From Actinomycetota bacterium (lineage in GTDB: Bacteria; Actinomycetota; Thermoleophilia; Gaiellales; Gaiellaceae), in assembly GCA_046729795.1 (NCBI GenBank), contig JBKPHH010000010.1:10397-74396 (forward strand): a DNA stretch of 64,000 bases. Reading direction: 5' to 3'. This document shows positions 62,637 to 64,000 of this stretch, piece by piece. The position numbers were made by a program, and so were the translations under genes. Position 1 is the first letter of the stretch, and the number at the start of each line of letters is the position of its first letter. The notes under the pieces were generated by a model that saw only the letters and a program-made list of their open reading frames with translations, searched no databases and was not told the origin of the DNA.

Positions 62637-63803
62637 ATGTCTAGAGCGTGCGTGATCGTGCTCGACGCCGTCGGGGCCGGCGAGTTGCCCGACGCGGCCG
62701 AGTACGGCGACGAAGGGTCGGACACCCTCGGCAACGTCGCGCGCGCGGTCGGCGGGCTCGACCTGCCGAATCTCGAGGCGCTCGGGCTCGGCAACGTCGA
62801 ACCCCTCGAGGGCTGTCCTCCGCAGCCGGGCGCGCCGGCTGTCGCGGGCCGACTGGTCGAACGCTCGAAGGGCAAGGACACGACCACAGGCCACTGGGAA
62901 CTGATGGGCGTGCTCACGGAGACCGCGTTTCCCACCTATCACCAGGGTTTCCCGCACGATGTGATCGACCCGTTCATGCACCGCACCGGCCGCGGCGTGC
63001 TCGGCAACAAGGCCGCCTCGGGCACGGAGATCATCGAGGAGCTCGGCGAGGAGCACCAGCGGACCGGGAAGTGGATCGTGTACACGTCTGCCGACTCCGT
63101 CTTTCAGGTCGCCGCCCACGAGGAGACGATTCCCCTGGAAGAGCTGTACGCGGCCTGCAAGATCGCGCGGGACGAGATCCTCGTCGGCAAGCACGCGGTT
63201 GGGCGTGTGATCGCCCGGCCCTTCGTGGGGGAGCCCGGCAGCTACGAGCGAACGCCGAACCGGCACGATTTTTCACTCGAGCCGAAGCGGCCGAACTACC
63301 TCTCGCTCGTCCGCGACGCGGGGAAGACCGTTCACGGCGTCGGCAAGATCGGCGACATCTTCGCCGGCCAGGACATCGACGAGTCCCATCCCACCAAGTC
63401 GAACCTGGACGGAATCCAGCAGATCGAGACCCTCCTGAACGAGCTCGACGAGGGATTGATCTTCGCGAACCTCGTGGAGACCGACATGCTCTGGGGCCAC
63501 CGGAACGACCCCGTGAACTTCCACCGTTGCCTGCAGGACTTCGACCGGCGGCTGCCCGACCTGTTGGCCACGCTGAGATCCGGCGATCTGCTCGTCATGA
63601 CCTCGGACCACGGTTGCGACCCGACGACGCCGTCAACCGACCACTCCCGCGAGCACGCCCTGCTGCTCGCCTACGTCGAGGGCAAGAACGCGAGCGGCCG
63701 CATCCACGAGGGCTATTTCTCTGACGTTGGCGCCACGGTGAGCGCCTGGCTCGGGGGGAAATCTTCACGAGGGATTCCCGGCGAGGCGATCGTCGAGTCG
63801 TGA
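62637..63803 (+). CDS. deoB: phosphopentomutase
   Basis: VIVLDAVGAGELPDAAEYGDEGSDTLGN, GKDTTTGHWE, TSDHGCDPT. Confidence 0.95.
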   Translation: MSRACVIVLDAVGAGELPDAAEYGDEGSDTLGNVARAVGGLDLPNLEALGLGNVEPLEGCPPQPGAPAVAGRLVERSKGKDTTTGHWELMGVLTETAFPTYHQGFPHDVIDPFMHRTGRGVLGNKAASGTEIIEELGEEHQRTGKWIVYTSADSVFQVAAHEETIPLEELYAACKIARDEILVGKHAVGRVIARPFVGEPGSYERTPNRHDFSLEPKRPNYLSLVRDAGKTVHGVGKIGDIFAGQDIDESHPTKSNLDGIQQIETLLNELDEGLIFANLVETDMLWGHRNDPVNFHRCLQDFDRRLPDLLATLRSGDLLVMTSDHGCDPTTPSTDHSREHALLLAYVEGKNASGRIHEGYFSDVGATVSAWLGGKSSRGIPGEAIVES

Positions 63804-63813
63804 GCGGCTCCAC

Positions 63814-64000
63814 GTGATCTCAGGCGCCGAGCTGATCCAGCGCAAGAGAGACGGCGGACACCTCAGCGACGAGGAGATCTCCGACCTGATCCTCGCCTAC
63901 TCGCGCGACGAAGTCCCCGATTACCAGATGGCCGCGTTCTGTATGGCCGTGTTCTTCCGCGGGCTCACGAGCGCCGAGACCTATGCCATGACGGACGCGC
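63814..64000 (+). CDS. deoA: thymidine/pyrimidine-nucleoside phosphorylase (5' fragment, runs off the window)
   Basis: GTG 63814. ELIQRKRDGGHLSDEEISDLILAYSRDEVPDYQMAAFCMAVFFRGLT is the typical N-terminus. Confidence 0.85.
   Translation, partial: MISGAELIQRKRDGGHLSDEEISDLILAYSRDEVPDYQMAAFCMAVFFRGLTSAETYAMTDA

Overview
Very GC-rich window (roughly 70% by eye, strong G/C preference at codon third positions) that reads as chromosomal core of an actinobacterial-type genome. The recN-steA-mctB-like-pyrG and aroE-aroC-aroK/B-aroQ-pepP-efp-nusB neighbourhoods fit this; a Thermoleophilia or Rubrobacteria-like lineage is only a guess. All calls come from reading the ORF translations and the DNA by eye. 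No searches were run, so family names rest on motifs I recognise.

Content in order:
- gltX, an orphan receiver domain, an M3-like peptidase, a YcaQ-like protein and tRNA-Glu.
- An envelope cluster: O-antigen-ligase/TPR protein, ECF sigma, anti-sigma-like protein, two tandem L,D-transpeptidases and a secreted protein.
- A PLDc_N/SHOCT protein, tRNA-Gln, an HD-like protein, a heterodimeric ABC exporter pair and a UDG-family glycosylase.
- A histidine-utilisation operon (formiminotransferase, hutH, hutU, hutI).
- hisS and aspS, then a DivIVA-like/membrane-paralog/RlpA-like module.
- mnmA, an RsbW-like anti-sigma plus SigB/F-type sigma, then alaS, ruvX and mltG.
- A shikimate operon, efp and an MFS transporter.
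- A long translationally coupled run: carboxyltransferase-like-BCCP, accC, asp23, nusB, xseB-like, a prenyl synthase, tlyA, nadK, recN, steA.
- An SRPBCC protein, an MctB-like protein, a GT2/MraY-like fusion, pyrG, a PAS protein, an M20 peptidase, a DUF3866-like protein, an aldo/keto reductase, ald, deoB and deoA (partial).

I saw no CRISPR array, transposase, integrase, phage genes or recognisable defence system.

The most unusual items:
1. In the slot where accB normally sits, a BCCP is fused to a carboxyltransferase domain that has lost all four metal/carbamyl-lysine ligands. It is followed by an otherwise intact accC with an in-frame TGA exactly at a conserved Cys codon.
2. A 160-nt long-stem inverted-repeat element lies between the RlpA-like gene and mnmA.
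3. An insertion of about 109 nt, flanked by direct repeats and carrying a hairpin, has duplicated the 3' end of the ABC gene in front of the HD-like gene.
4. A coupled four-gene DivIVA-like envelope module.
5. A pervasive TAnnnT hexamer 6-10 nt upstream of start codons, which suggests leaderless transcription.
6. Two genes, aroK and a small membrane ORF between hutH and hutU, whose conserved parts lie upstream of any canonical start codon.

Many long antisense ORFs in the track are GC-bias shadows and were rejected.
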